Below, piece after piece: positions 9,476 to 23,808 of a DNA stretch of 64,000 bases (position 1 is its first letter; every line of letters begins with the position of its first letter). A model generated the notes under the pieces. That model worked only from the letters and a program-made list of their open reading frames with translations, did no database searches and was not told the origin of the DNA. Source of the stretch: Haliotis rubra (lineage: Eukaryota); NCBI RefSeq assembly GCF_003918875.1, contig NW_025767145.1, positions 372,001 through 436,000 of the forward strand. The letters run 5' to 3'. The position numbers and the translations under genes were made by a program.

Positions 9476-12400
9476 GGTGAATTTTCTTCTGAAAAATTGC
9501 GAACAAAAATTGAAATCATTGAATACACTGGACATTTAACCCATCAAAATACAAACTAATATATTGGTAAATAATAAGAATCTATGAACATTTTTCAAGT
9601 AAGACTTGAAATAAATTCTGCAAAGCGAAACCAGAGTGATAGACGACAAAGTAATACTCTCTAATTATAGGTGTAGTGAAACACTGTTATATCGAAGTTG
9701 AAGGGATCTACGTATATACTTTGAGTTATTCAAGGTTCGAGACAACCGAAAAATAGGGATTGACAGTGACCAAGTTTTAAATTCGTGACAACCGTGGGTT
9801 CGATACATCAACGTTGTTTGACAGTTTTCGATTTCTAATTGTTCGAGCGCATTCGTTATTCCAGAACTGAATGTACTTTGAATCCTGTACTTGAATTTAC
9901 TGACATGAAAACAAACATTCACATTACATGTGTCTAAATACCAATACAGTGATAATGAATGTATAACTAAAAGAGTGAGTGAATGATTTTGGTTTTACAC
10001 CGCTTTTAGCAATATTCCAGTAATATCAAGGCGGGGGACACCAGAAATGGGCTTCACACACTGTACCCATGTAGGGAATCGAACCCGGGTCTTCGGCGTT
10101 ACGAACGAACGCTTTAACCACTAGGCTACCCCACAGCCCCTAGAACTATGTCTTCATAAACAGAGTGCAAGATTATGGGTCATCTTACCTGATACCATCC
10201 GCATCAGCTCAGAAAGCTACCAACAACTCCTCATGTCATGGCATTATAGATTCAAACTCTGTTATATATACATGTATGTATGGTTTGTCACGTGTTTTAT
10301 GTTTACATTCAAAAATATACACAAGTCATTTCGTTTAGTTCCTCGAAAGAAAGCACATAGTTGTTGTTACGGTCTGTTTACTCAAAGTTATATTTTTACC
10401 CATTTCAAACTTCCTTGACGTGTGGATATGAATAAATGTTCACTTCTGTTGCCAGCACATGTTGCAACAGCGACAATCATAACTTTACCTAGTTCCCTAT
10501 TGCGACGATAAAACAGTATCACTTCCGGATTAAAATATATCCTGAGCAACCTATACCGTAGAAGAGGCGACTTAACCTGGTGGTTCGCTGGCTTGGTTGA
10601 CTGCCCATTGTATCCCGGCGTCGTGGACAGATGCTCATGATATCAGCCTTGGGTTTATGTTACCTAGACTCAACCCGTGAATATCCGTGTTAGAACTGGT
10701 CTTCCGTAACCAATGCTTGTCGCAAGAGGCGACAAACGGGATCGGGTGGTCAGACACAATCATGTCATCGTTTCCCAGTTGCGTAGATCGATGATCTATG
10801 CTGTTGATCAGTGGATTGTCTGGTCTAGACTCGATTATTCACTCACTCACCTGCAATACCGTTTTGAACATTTTGTAAACAGTGTAAACGTGTCAGTGCA
10901 AAACATGTACAAAATACGAACGATCCCCTGAATACCATTCTTTATGCCAGCAACCCATGCAAAAGGCCAATAACGGGATGACTGACTGACTGGTTTGGTT
11001 TTACGCCGCTTTTAGCAACATTCCAGCAACATCACGGCGGGGGACACCAGAAATGGGCTTCACACATTGTACCCATGTGGAGATTCGAACCCGGGTCTTC
11101 GGCGTGACGAACCAACGCTTTAACCACTAGGCTACCCCACCGCCCCACTAACGGGATGAGGTGGTCTGGTCCGCTGACATGGTTGAAACACATCACCGTA
11201 TCCCAATTGTGTAGATCGATGCTCATGCTGTTGATCACTGGATTGTCTGCTCCATCTCGATTTTTTACAGAGCGCCGACATATCGATGGGATATTACTAA
11301 GTGCGGCTTTAAACAACAAACAAAGACACAAACAAACAAACAAAGAAACACACCACTCTAAATGTTGTGGAACACGAGTGATTGACATGAGTTATCGACA
11401 ACCTAATAACATACACAACATCAGAAATAACTGCTTTTCTACAGATTTTGTCAACGTGACGTTTGCACACATAAATTGGGGTTGGGGGGTGGTGGTGGTT
11501 GGGTGGGGTGGAGTGGGTTTACATGTAAAAGAGTCTGAACGCATATCGGGTATTTTTAACACCAACACAAACTTGTAGAAGCTTTAAGCTTTAAGTGGAT
11601 CGCTTGTACAAACACTCTATTGAGTCACACCCTGAATCTATGTATGCATCAAGGCTGCCACATCACGGTTTTCTGAACAATTACATGCATCCACTGCGTT
11701 GATAACATGCAGGTCGCATTCCTTGCATGCACAACGAATTAAATTACATAGTGGCTCTATATATAGACTCCTTGGCTTAACCCATGGTCTTTAAGTGAAG
11801 CATTAACTGGAGTGTGGTGCACTGATCAAACTCCACGCTGGCCTACCTGTCTTGACTGGTGCAGTTTGATTATACGTTCTCTGTGTAAGATCAGATGTAT
11901 GACAAACATTTGTATAAAATTCCTTCAAGCAAATATTTGAAAATATCAGTTGTTCGTTGTTTCTTGCTCAAGGCCGCACTCAGCAGTATTCCAGCTATGT
12001 GGCGGCGGTCTGTAAATAATCTGGACCAGACAATTCAGTGATCAACATCATGAGCATCGATCAATTGGGATACAATGACATGTGTCAACCAGGTCAGAGA
12101 GTCTGACCACAAGATTCTCTTACGACAAGCATGGGTTACCGAAGACAACTCAAACCCAGACCTTAACGGGTAAAATATCAGTTGCATATGTCATAATTAT
12201 GAACTTTTCGAACTTGTTTTCGCAAACTTTGACAGAAGTTATCAGCAATAAATCTTCGTAAGACGCCACTTCAGAGTAAATGTTCAGGGTCGTCTTCTAT
12301 TGATTATACTTTGAAATGTATCTGCTGATGTGAATAATAATTACTTCAACGTCACCATGGGGCGGTAGGTTAGCCTACTGGTTAAAGCGTTCGCTCGAAA

Positions 12401-12952
12401 AAACCGGGATTGATTCCCCAAATGGGTACAGTGTGTTAACCCGTTTCCGGTGTGCCCCGCCGTGATATTGCTGGCAAACAACAGCGTTAAACTCTTCAGC
12501 TGAACACTTTAACTTCTTGGCTACCTCAAAGCCCCGTTGCAGATATGAGCGACAGAAATGATCAAAATTACTTAAAAAATGAAGGTTGGTGAGCGAAAGG
12601 TAAATAATTGTGTCTGGACCAGATAATCCGGTGATCAACATCATGAGCATCGATCTATATATCAATTGGGCTGTGATGACATGCGACAACAAAGTCTGCG
12701 AGCCGGACCGTTGAAATCTGGGGAGAGTAGCTTAGTGTAGAGTACAGTTGAGCACAGTAGTTTGTTTGTTTGTTTGTTTGTTTGTTGTTTAACGCCACAC
12801 TCAGCAATATTATAGCGGCGGAGTGTAAATAATCGAGTCTGGACCAGACAATCCCGTAATCAAGAAAATGAGCATCGATCCACGCAATTGGGAACCGATG
12901 ACATGTGTCAACCAAGTCAGCGAGTCTGACAACCCGATCCCGTTGCTCACTA

Positions 12953-13157
12953 AGGGCCTATTCGATTATGCTAAACCGGTGAGTAAACCATGCACTCGAT
13001 TATGTCGAAACCTAAAACTGGTTCTGAAACTTCGAAACCATCTCCGAGACGGGTTTCTGCTTTCGGTTTGTGGGAAACTGGACACTCGTTTATAACAGGA
13101 GAAACCAGTTTCAGAAACCAAAACCCAGTTTTCTCTATAATAATCGAACAGGCCCTT
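12953..13157. mobile_element. Small palindromic MITE
   Basis: AAGGGCCTATTCGATTAT...TAATCGAACAGGCCCTT inverted ends. Confidence 0.7.
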
Positions 13158-13418
13158 CATTAAGATGAAACCACATGAGTCATGTGTGTACTTTGTTGTT
13201 TCGCAATAATCGGGGCAGGACAGACCTGAATGTCCTAGAAACTCTCAGGAGTCAACCTGCCTTATGTGAATACCTGTCTATTACAAGTATTTGGAACAGG
13301 ATCGAATTGTAGAATATATGAGAAAGTGTTCTTGACAATAACATAATTCAAGAGTTTATGTCTCTCTTTATTCACACGAGCGTTGTCTTGATTATCAAAC
13401 CTAAAATATTTGTGTTGT

Positions 13419-16400
13419 TTAGTAACTCCAGATTTTGACGGACTTGACCGCCATTGCTGCCTTCTCGCCCTTCCAGGTCGGGTACCACTTGTCTTTGGCC
13501 TCCCAGAATGTTTTGTCCGACTGGCCAGCTGTTGGACACGTGTTACACCAGGGTTTGGGGTAGGGGAAGTTCTGGACGTTGTCGGGGAAGTAGCCGAGGG
13601 TGCCGCCGACAGCGACGTTGAATTGGAAATGGAACTGAAACAGAGCAGTTAAACAAACAGTGGTCATGCGATGGTATTTGAGTGAGTAAGTGAGTATAGT
13701 TTTACGCCGCTTTTAGCTATATTCCAGCAGAATCACAGCGGTGGACATGGGTTTCACACACTGCATCCATGTGGGGAATCAAACACGGGTCTTCGGTGTG
13801 ACCAGCGAACGCTAAGATCGCTTTGTATAATGCTCCTTGAAGTTTTGGAATTATGTTTTAAAAATGTAAATATTTCCAAAAGTGTTTTGATTGTAGATCA
13901 CATTCACAAACATTGTGTACATAAGGCTGGTGCAATGGAATCTGATAACTTTAAAGTTCTCCCGAGCACTGTTCATAACTGGTTTAACAAATCTGACAAA
14001 ATCAAGGAAAACTTATCACAAGTCTCGTTTTTCAGACATAAAGTAAAGATTACAAACCTGAGAACTATAATTTAGGTATTAGAATCAATTTAGGCGTGTG
14101 TGACGAATGCTTAAAGAATGTGGGTCGGTAGGGTAGCCTAGTGATTAAAACTTTCGCTCGTCACGCCGAAGACAGAAGATTCGATTCTCCACATGGAGAT
14201 ATTCCCACATTGTCTCCACATTCTGGTGTCCCCCGCCGCGATATTGCTGAAATATTGCTAAAACTTGAACTCACTCACTCACTTAAAGAATGTGAGTTAG
14301 AATATTTTAAGTCAGGCATGTGATAGCTGATAATCCAGAAAAGTGTTGAACATACATTTTTATACAGTTTCATTCATTTCTAGTTCTGTAGCACTGTACT
14401 TTGGGACTGACCTCAATGTAGACAAACGTTATCTGAAGTATGTTTTTGCATGTGTATTCAAACAGCTGCGACATATAGGTGACCCATATTCGTTATGTAA
14501 TCATTCATAGTTTTGGACCTCGTATGATGATAGCATGACCACTGGACTGGCTGTCCAGTTCATGAGAACTCAAAATCTACAGAATACGATATTCATAGTC
14601 GTAAAACTCAGAATTCAGGGGTTCCTGAGATTCGATACAATACAGTGAACACGTATTTCATTGGGACTTCCATTCAAGACAAAATTAATCTGTCTGAGGG
14701 AATAGAGGATAGGCCATGTAAGTTCTATACCACATCCCACACTTTAACCTCAACTCTTTGTGTACCCTGTGCTTCACCTCCTAACGGATGTAGAAGTGAA
14801 AAGCGGCGTGGAGAGCTCTTTGGCAAACAAACCAGTCTACGGAGTATGCGGAACATATCCCAGTCCTCACCTCCTGGTCAAAGGGGGCGTCCTTGCCGTG
14901 TCCAGCCCATGGGTTGATGCCGCTGAAGCCTCCGAATGAAAAGTATCCGTTTGAGGGAGTGGGCCGGTTCAGGATGACGTCACCGTCAACGGAGATGCTG
15001 CAGTGTTTACAAGAACCAGCGTTAGGGCATACACCACGTGAAGTACCGTAGACCGTAGACGTACAGTGGCGTCCATCCGTCCATCATCTGTTTTTTATTG
15101 TTTTGAAGTTTGTTTGTCTGATACGGTGTTAAGCTATTATAAAATATAACCGTGTTAACTGGCCGCAAACCTACACAATGCCACTTGCATCCCAGTCCAT
15201 GGTGTAGGTGTGGAAGTCGTCAGCCCAGGTGCCTCCGGATGCGAATCTGAAAACAGTTATCTCCCTTGATTCATGGTCACACCTAACAACGTTCACGATA
15301 CATGAGTAGGTAGCCTAGTGGTTGAAGCGTTCGTCACGCCGAAAACCAGAGTTCGATTCCCAACATGGGTACAATATGTGAAGCACATGTTTGGTGTCCC
15401 GCCGTGATATTGCTGGAATATTGCTAAAAGCGGCGTAAAACCATACTCACTCACTCACTATATTTACAAGATATTTTGGACAAGAACACCACAGGGTCTG
15501 CAGGGATGGGGATGAGTAATAAAATAATATTTCAATATAATTTGTGAATATATTATTCTTTAGCCTTGAATTGAAGAAACTATTTACGTGTGTTAGTTCT
15601 CGTCACATTTTCCGATAAGGGACAAAACAGGAAATTCCGATTGTTGGGTTAACAAGACAAAAATCATCAACATGTTACCAGAACAAGTAGTTGAAAGTAT
15701 GAGCCCCGATTCACCTACTTTCCCTGAGTGGTCTTTGGCCAGCTGTCACTTCCTGGATTGGGCCCCCAGTGTAGTGTTGACATTATTCTTTGAATACCGA
15801 TGTTTCCGTAATGTAATGAAGGTTACCTGTTATATTTATGTGAAATAATTCATGCTTCGTCATCCATATTTATCATTAACCTATTCAGACAAAGACCTTC
15901 TATTCAAAATGATCCTAATTTTCTTCTGTGAAAGTGAAAATAGACATCACAAACAACTATGGTTACACTAAATTCAAATTCCTTGTTTTATCGCTAAACA
16001 ACAATGTTAACCTTTCAATAGTTTGATAGAGATTTCCACGATTACCAGGTTTCTGTTTGTCAGTGCTCGCTGTACGACTGCTGCACGACATGTTTACAAG
16101 GATTATAAGGGGCGTAGTGTTGCAATATACGAGTGCTTAGATGTATCAAATAATACTGATTAATATTTATGTATCCAGTTAAATTAATTGGTCTCAAAAG
16201 TTTTGACTGGTTATTGTACTAAGTGTTCGCTCATCACGCCTCATCCTCCAAAGACCTGGGTTCGATTTTCCACATGGGTACAATGTGTGAAGCCCATTAC
16301 TGGAGTCACCCGTCGTAATATTGCTGGATAATTGCTAAAAGCGGCGTAAAACCTCACTCACTCACTTTTATTGTACTGTATTGTACTGTAAAAGGCGGCA

Positions 16401-19400
16401 TTTTGGTACAGATGTTTATAATGTTGTCAAGTAAGGCCATTCAGCTAATCCCACATACAGTATAAATACGAATTTATTATTGATAATTATTTTGTCGATT
16501 TTGTCCATTGCACTGGCTTTTCGCGTTAGCTTACGAAAGGTTTGCACATCAGTTTCTTATTTTTTCACAAAATAAAATTATATCATATAATAAACAATAT
16601 TTGTCAACACCAATAACTTTACGATCAGCTTAATTAATCATTAGAATAAAAACATGCAGACTAAAATACGAAATGAGCTAACATATCGATTTGCGAAACA
16701 ATACAAGACAGACCCAACCCCTTCTACTATCAGGAGATCAGTCCTCTAGTGTGTGTGGCCTACCTTTTTAAGGGTTTTGGAAAACAACGGCGAAAAAGTC
16801 ATGGAATCACTTGGTATTTAACTATTATATTAACCAATTTGGGCTATATTTAGTAGGTGCACGTTTTCAGAGTTTATCATTTGTTATATTTGTATACAGA
16901 TTAGAATTTATACAGGTTTTCACATAACAATTGACATTTGACGTTGAGAAACTTACTTATTATGTAATATTATTGCATCACTTACATCTTGCTTCCACCA
17001 TGTCTATTTCACCGGAAGCTGGCCATCCGCCATACACAAAGGACTTAGGCATCAACCAGATAGCTGCAAAATAGGTTCGTAAGGTATTGGTATGGTAACA
17101 TTGACTTGGCAGTAAGTCCACCTTGCTTGTATACCCACACTGCCATGTTACATGGAGAGCGCGTGCGTCTTCACAAGTTTGCAATATTGGCAAAGTCAAT
17201 TAATCTATATTTAGACCTACTAATGCAGGGAGTGCATTGTAATTAGTTTAGTTGTGTAAGCAGAGAGTGCGCCCTATATCAATGTGTATTTGCTCAGTTG
17301 TAAAAACCATGTAGGGCCATTTTCAAAACACATATTGTTCCCACCATGTCTAACATATGATTGTTTTTTAACCAATCCACTTAAAGTTCCTTTTTTAAGG
17401 TTGTCATTTAGAAAGCTGAAAGCAATCATTATCTAATGGAATGGAGTCAATGTACTCTCAATGATCTCAATATCAACATCATCGTAGGTAATTATAGTAG
17501 CAGAGATTGGTCTCATTTAAGCACATCCATAGTGACGTAATTAAGCACATCCATAGGGACATCATCAAGCACATCCATAGCGACATATTCGAGCAAATCC
17601 ATAATGAAGTGTTAATGATGAAGTCTTAAGCACATCCATCGTCACGTCTTGAAGCACATCAATAGGGATGTCATCAAGCACATCAATAAGGTGGTAAAAT
17701 ACATAAAAATAAAAATAACTCCTTCACGCTGCCTACCTGGCCAGATCCAGTCTCCTTCTGGCAACTTGGCTACCATCTCGATACGGCCGTACTTGAAGTC
17801 CACTAGCGAGATGAGCTTGGCTGAGAGGATAGGAGGGATGAGGGAATCCTTGGCGTCCCGTTTGCAGCCGTACCATCGTGAGTCAGTACAGGTTCCCCAT
17901 TGTTCTGTAACACAGATCAGACGAAATACAACATGAAATGTATCCGTCAAATATTATCATGTTTTCGTAGTTCGATATACTTGGGTGCCGTTGTACAAAG
18001 AGACCTTTGGATATCGTAACTCCCATACCTTAAGATGACTTACGAATGCCGTAGCGTTAAGATTCTTTAGAAACACGGCACCCTGATTCCATACAGTTTT
18101 ACAGCTTGATTTGGCCGTTGCAAGTAAGCTGCTGTGAGTTATCAACCGCTGCTTCTTTCGTATATGCGCCAAACAACGGGTTTTGTTGAATAACTCTCCA
18201 TTTTTATAACACACAGCTTCTTTTGTCATGATAGGTTTAACTTATATAAGCCACAATACACTGAAGCCGGGTCATGATAAAGGTCCTAGCTTTGGTGTCT
18301 TGGAGCCTGGACAATGAAGATCGAAAGACTGATATGTAATACATCTCAGAAGGGAGCTGTAAATATCAACCTGAGAACTACGACAGTCTATGTTAATTTG
18401 TAAACACCATTACGATCACGTTAACGCTAAGATCGCTCTGTGCAATGGCACCAATTCTTGCTATGTTCGGTCGGTGGGGTAGCCTAGTGGTTAAAGCGTT
18501 CGCTCGTCACGCCGAAGGCCCGGGTTCGACTCCCCTAATGGCCACAATGTGTGAAGCCCAATTCCGGTGTCCCCCGCCGTGATATTGCTGGAATATTTAT
18601 AAAAGCGGCGTAAAAACCAACTCACTCACTCACTTGCTATGTTCACATTACCCTATGGTTATCATGTAAGACTCTGTGACTCTGAAACTCACTCTGGACG
18701 TCCAGTACACCGTGGTAGAGGAAGTCGTTGCCAAACTTATCTGCCGTCAGCGTCTGAAACATGGGTGGACGTATAGTCACCGAAATGTAATTATGTGTAA
18801 AGGTGAGATATACAGAATCATTTATAGGAACCTTCGAGAACAACATAACCCTGAAATCACTTAATTACATGCGACCGCCTCCATGGTGTAGTGGTTAGAG
18901 CGACCCGGGGAGAGCAGAAGGTCGCGGGTTCGATCCCCGACCGCGTCATACTAAAAGACGTTAAAATATGGTACTTGTTGGTCCTGCCTGGCGCTCAGCA
19001 TTAATGGGTACAACAAGGACTGGTCGTCTCGGCCCGCGACCTTCCGCTCTCCGGGCGGACGCTCTAACCACTACACCACGGAGGCGGTTCGGAAGGAATT
19101 GTGAATTAGTTCTAATGAAAACGCGGATAATACATATATAGATCAATAACAGATTGTGTCATCAGAAATGTCACCAGTGATCTCTGTAACATATTATGAG
19201 AAATATACAAATAACACAATGCATTACACACACAGGGTAAAATCCGACGACATCACTTCATAGCTACGTTTAACTTTAAAATGCCAATGTGGTGGGCATC
19301 TTACACTGAAAATAGTTTCTTTTTGTTCATCTTTATTCTGTTGTGATATCTTAACAAAACAAAATGAAAACAGAGAAAGACCTTTGTAGCTCAGATTACT

Positions 19401-22400
19401 AATATAATCAACATTGGTAATCATCGAACGTTCATTCTAAGCGCTGCTTATTCAATGAACAAGGAACATTATCATGCTGTTCCTATACACACTGACTTTT
19501 ATACATCTAAATCCTAAATGTTAATTCTGACATCTGAGCCCTGAACAGAAAAATAATTTCAGTGGGAATAAGGTCATGTGCTGCTTCAGGTCTTCCAGCC
19601 TTTAAGTATCGCTTGATGGTTTCCTCTATAAATATTTGATGCTGAGGTCCGCAAGTTGTCGATGACTTACAGGCTTCAAGTAGAGGACGCCGTTCTTGAT
19701 GTAGCTGTTCTCCTTATCTGGCGTGTAGATCTGAACTCCCAGTTCTGGCGAAACAAGACAACAGTTAGACATGTAGGCTAGTCTTTGTGAGTTATCAGTG
19801 AGTGGTTTTAGGCAAATTAAGGTCGTAATGTTGAAGGCTGGAATTGAAACTTCTAGTTGTTGCATAATGTTATGACTCGTAACACAGTTCATATGTGACA
19901 CAGTAGACTAACAACTAGTCTCTGAAATGAACATATTTTACTGAAAAATGTTCATAGTAAAAAAAAAATATATATAATGAAAAGGAGCCCTGAGACTTTC
20001 TTCGAGGAAATCTAGACTAACATTTTCAGACTTGTGTGGGCTTTCTTGGATATATTTGCTTCAGGGTCTGTACGAGAGACTACACAGTTACGTACAGTAA
20101 CACAGGTTCGTACAATACAACACTCTCATAAAGTAACACAGATTGATACAGTTGCAATGGCTCGGACAGCGATACACGTTCGTACTGTAACAGATTCGTC
20201 CAGTAGCAATGGTTCGTACAGCATATCAGGTTCATACAGGCACATCGATTCGTACAATATGACAGGTTCATTAAGACAGTAACAAAGGTTCGTTCAGTGA
20301 CCCACGTTCGTTCAGTGACAAAGGTTCGTTCAGTGACACAGATTCGTTCAGTAACAAAGGTTCGTGTAGTGACAAAGGTTCGTTCAGTCATAAAGGTTCG
20401 CTCAGTAACAAAAGTTCGTTCACTGACACAGATTCGTTCGGTGACAAAGGTTCGTTCAGTGGCACAGATTCGTTCAGTGACCCAGGTTCGTTCAGTGACC
20501 CAGGTTCGTTCAGTGACAAAGGTTCGTTCAGTGACACAGACTGTTCATGGATCACATAGGTTATACGTTACATCAGAGGTAACTTTCATGCAGCTTTCTA
20601 AGAAGGACTCATATATAAATAGAATATAGTATACTCAACGGACAACTGTTACTGTTTTTAGACATGGCTCTGAAGATGAAATACCGATTACTACTGCGTG
20701 ACCTACCCTCCACCGAACGCGGACACCTCGTGCTTCCACTTGCTGTTGTCGATGGTGCCGGAACTGAAGTCGTCACTGAAGATGAGTTTCATGTTACCGA
20801 GGTTACCAGATCCTGTCCCTGAATGAGTGCCTGTGTGGGAGCCTGTGCCTGTGCCTGTGTGTGAGCCTGTGCCCGTTTGAGTGCCCGAGTTACCTCCGCC
20901 GCTACAGGAGCTTCCTGTTGGAGTGAGTGAGAGAGTGAGCCTCTTTCTTCAGTATTTCATTTAAACCACCGTTCTTTGATGGAAAGCGCAAATCGAAATA
21001 TATTTAAAGTTTGATATGTTGGTGAAAGTGTCAGCATCTCAACGATCATAATCCTTGAATCTGGGAATAGAACCACAACGGATCCTGTCAACCGTGTCGC
21101 CTAGCTACAAAACATGCTCATTCGTTTCATATTTCGCCAACTTAATCCTGACAAATATAAGGATCTCATTTAAGCATTTTATGATTTTTTGCAAACATAT
21201 CCCACAGTATTCAGAAATCAACAGTTACGACACCGTGATGAATAAATATATCTTATATTCACAATATAACAACAACATGAGAACCTCATTAATAACAGAT
21301 TACCCCTGTACTTAGAAATGTATTAATTATATTTTACCATTCTATCCACAAGCAACGAACTTTGCAACATACCAACTGTGGCGTGCAAGTCTGTCTTGGT
21401 ATGACCTTGTCCGTTGACCTTGAAGTACAACCAGTAGTTGACGGTGTCCCCGACCTTCACTTGGACGTTCGGGTTCTTGTGCACCCAGTATGAACCTACA
21501 TGGTGGAAAGTATTTTTTAATTATTTTTTTAAATCATAAAAATACAGCTTTCTACCTTTCAACATTCGGATCTCTTCACTTTTATAACACATCCCGGTTT
21601 ACAGTTAGAGGAATCCATACTGGAACTACTCTCAAGCACAGGACACATGACAACCTGTTGTGTGCTTACATAACGTCATCCTGTGCCTTAAAGTGATAGG
21701 GTATAGATCAACTAATTGTCTCTAAGCTTACGTACACCCCTTACCTTGCTTGCTGGTAACCTCATAATTACTGTCAGCTCCTCCTGCACCGGCTAGGGGC
21801 TTGTTGACGTCATAATGAACCCCCACCTCTTGTAGACCGCTGAAATCTGGGGAGAGTAGGTTCGAGTAAAGTACAGATGAGTATAGTAGAGTGGTTTATT
21901 AGTTGTTTAACGCCGCACTCAGCAATAGTCCAGCTATATGGCGGCAGTCTGTAACTAATCAAGTCTGGACCAGATAATCCAGTGATTAACAGCATGAGCA
22001 TCGATCTACGCAATTGGGATACGATGACATGTGTCAACTAAGTCAGCGAGCCTGACCACCCAATCCCGTAAGTCTCCTCTTACAAGCATGGGTTGCTGAA
22101 GATCAATTCTAAGTCGGATCGCCTTTAACAGGCGCCTTTAACAGGCTTCCCACGTCTGCGCTAAGAAAGTCATTGTTCAAACATACTCCTGGTCTGTCAT
22201 GCAGACCCTGTAACAAATATATCCAAGAAAGCCCATGCACGTCTAGTATATGTGGCAGGTCGGGATTTCCAGTTTCAGGAATTACATTTTATTATTATCA
22301 TTTATGAACCTTTTTCTGATAAATATGTTTATTTCAGAGACTAGATGTTAGTCAAACAACTTCCAGATATTAGTAATTGAAATAAATCAACATCCACCTA

Positions 22401-22507
22401 CCCTTGACTCTGATTTCAATGCCTCCCCCCGAGACACAGACTTCCCCGTCCGGGTACTGACCAAGGACTGTCCCAAGAAACACAACACTACACAACAGGA
22501 ACAACAT
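13419..22507 (-). CDS. Secreted beta-1,3-glucanase / beta-1,3-glucan-binding protein (signal peptide-CBM39-Gly/Thr linker-GH16), 12 exons; frameshifted in this sequence
   Basis: Exons 22507-22402, 21846-21745, 21495-21373, 20914-20707, 19744-19671, 18753-18693, 17904-17737, 17063-16986, 15826-15719, 15246-15175, 14997-14871, 13634-13419, all GT-AG. Motifs VKVGDTVNYWLY (CBM39), [37 protein letters not shown] (GH16 catalytic ExDxxE), FNVAVGGT. AATAAA near 13367. Confidence 0.9.
20080..20545. repeat. 18-bp minisatellite (GTTCGTTCAGTGACAAAG) in glucanase intron
   Basis: Read directly; gives the VRSVTK repeat ORF; degenerates toward 20080. Confidence 0.9.
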
Positions 22508-22794
22508 TGCGATTTGTGACGAGTGTCCAGAAATCACAGCTTTATGTAGAGTCCGTGACGTTATCAGTAGACACTGTCTGTGCCAGATAAGGGAGGGATA
22601 TGAGAATTAATTCATTGTTGTGCTTGCTCCATTAAGAGTGAAGGTTTCAAGTGGAGATATCAGTTCGAGTTTCAGTACAGTGGCCTATGAGAGAATAGTC
22701 TCAAACACCAGGTCCTGGAACAGCTAATGCCTCGTGATGATCCTATTGCATATATCTGAGAGACAACAGAAACTAATAAAGGCAGCTGTCTTGC

Positions 22795-23808
22795 CTAGAT
22801 TGCAATAACTGGAATCATTAGATTGCTATAACTGGAATCATAAGATTGCAATAACGGGAATCATTAGATTGCAATAACGGGAATCATTAGATTGCTATAA
22901 CTGGAATCATTAGATTGCAATAACTTAGGCAATAACTGGAATCATTAGATTGCAATAACTGGAGACATTAGATTGCAATAACTGGAATCATTAGGGATTG
23001 CTATAAGATTGCAATAACGGGAATCATTAGATTGCAATAACGGGAATCATTAGATTGCTATAACTGGAATCATTAGATTGCAATAACTGGAATCATAAGA
23101 TTTCAATAACTGGAGACATAAGATTGCAATAACTGGAGACATTAGATTGCAATAACGGGACTCATTAGATTGCAATAACTGGAGACATTAGATTGCAATA
23201 ACTGGAATCATTAGATTGCAATAACTGGAATCATTAGATTGCTATAACTGGAATCATTAGATTGCAATAACTGGAATCATTAGATTGCAATAACTGGAAT
23301 CATAAGATTTCAATAACTGGAGACATTAGATTGCAATAACTGGAGACATTAGATTGCAATAACGGGACTCATTAGATTGCAATAACTGGAGACATTAGAT
23401 TGCAATAACTGGAATCATTAGATTGCAATAACTGGAGACATTAGATTGCTATAACTGGAATCATTAGATTGCAATAACGGGAATCATTAGATTGCAATAA
23501 CTGGAGACATTAGATTGCAATAACTGGAGACATTAGATTGCAATAACTGGAATCATTAGTTTGCAATAACTGGAGACATTAGATTGCAATAACTGGAGTC
23601 ATTAGATTGCAATAACTGGAATCATTAGTTTGCAATAACTGGAGACATTAGATTGCTATAACTGGAGACATTAGATTGCAATAACTGGAATCATTAGATT
23701 GCAATAACTGGAATCATTAGATTGCTATAACTGGAGACATTAGATTGCTATCACTGGAATCATTAGATTGTTATAACTGGAATCATTAGTTTGCAGTAAC
23801 TGGAATCA
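22795..23808. repeat. 23-bp minisatellite (TAGATTGCAATAACTGGAATCAT), ~44 copies
   Basis: Read directly; ~290 bp upstream of the glucanase ATG. Confidence 0.95.

Noticed and set aside
9018-9539. 173-aa plus-strand ORF
   Set aside because: Antisense shadow of the alpha-kinase CDS; no recognisable motif.
20297-20629. VRSVTK repeat protein
   Set aside because: 18-bp intronic minisatellite.
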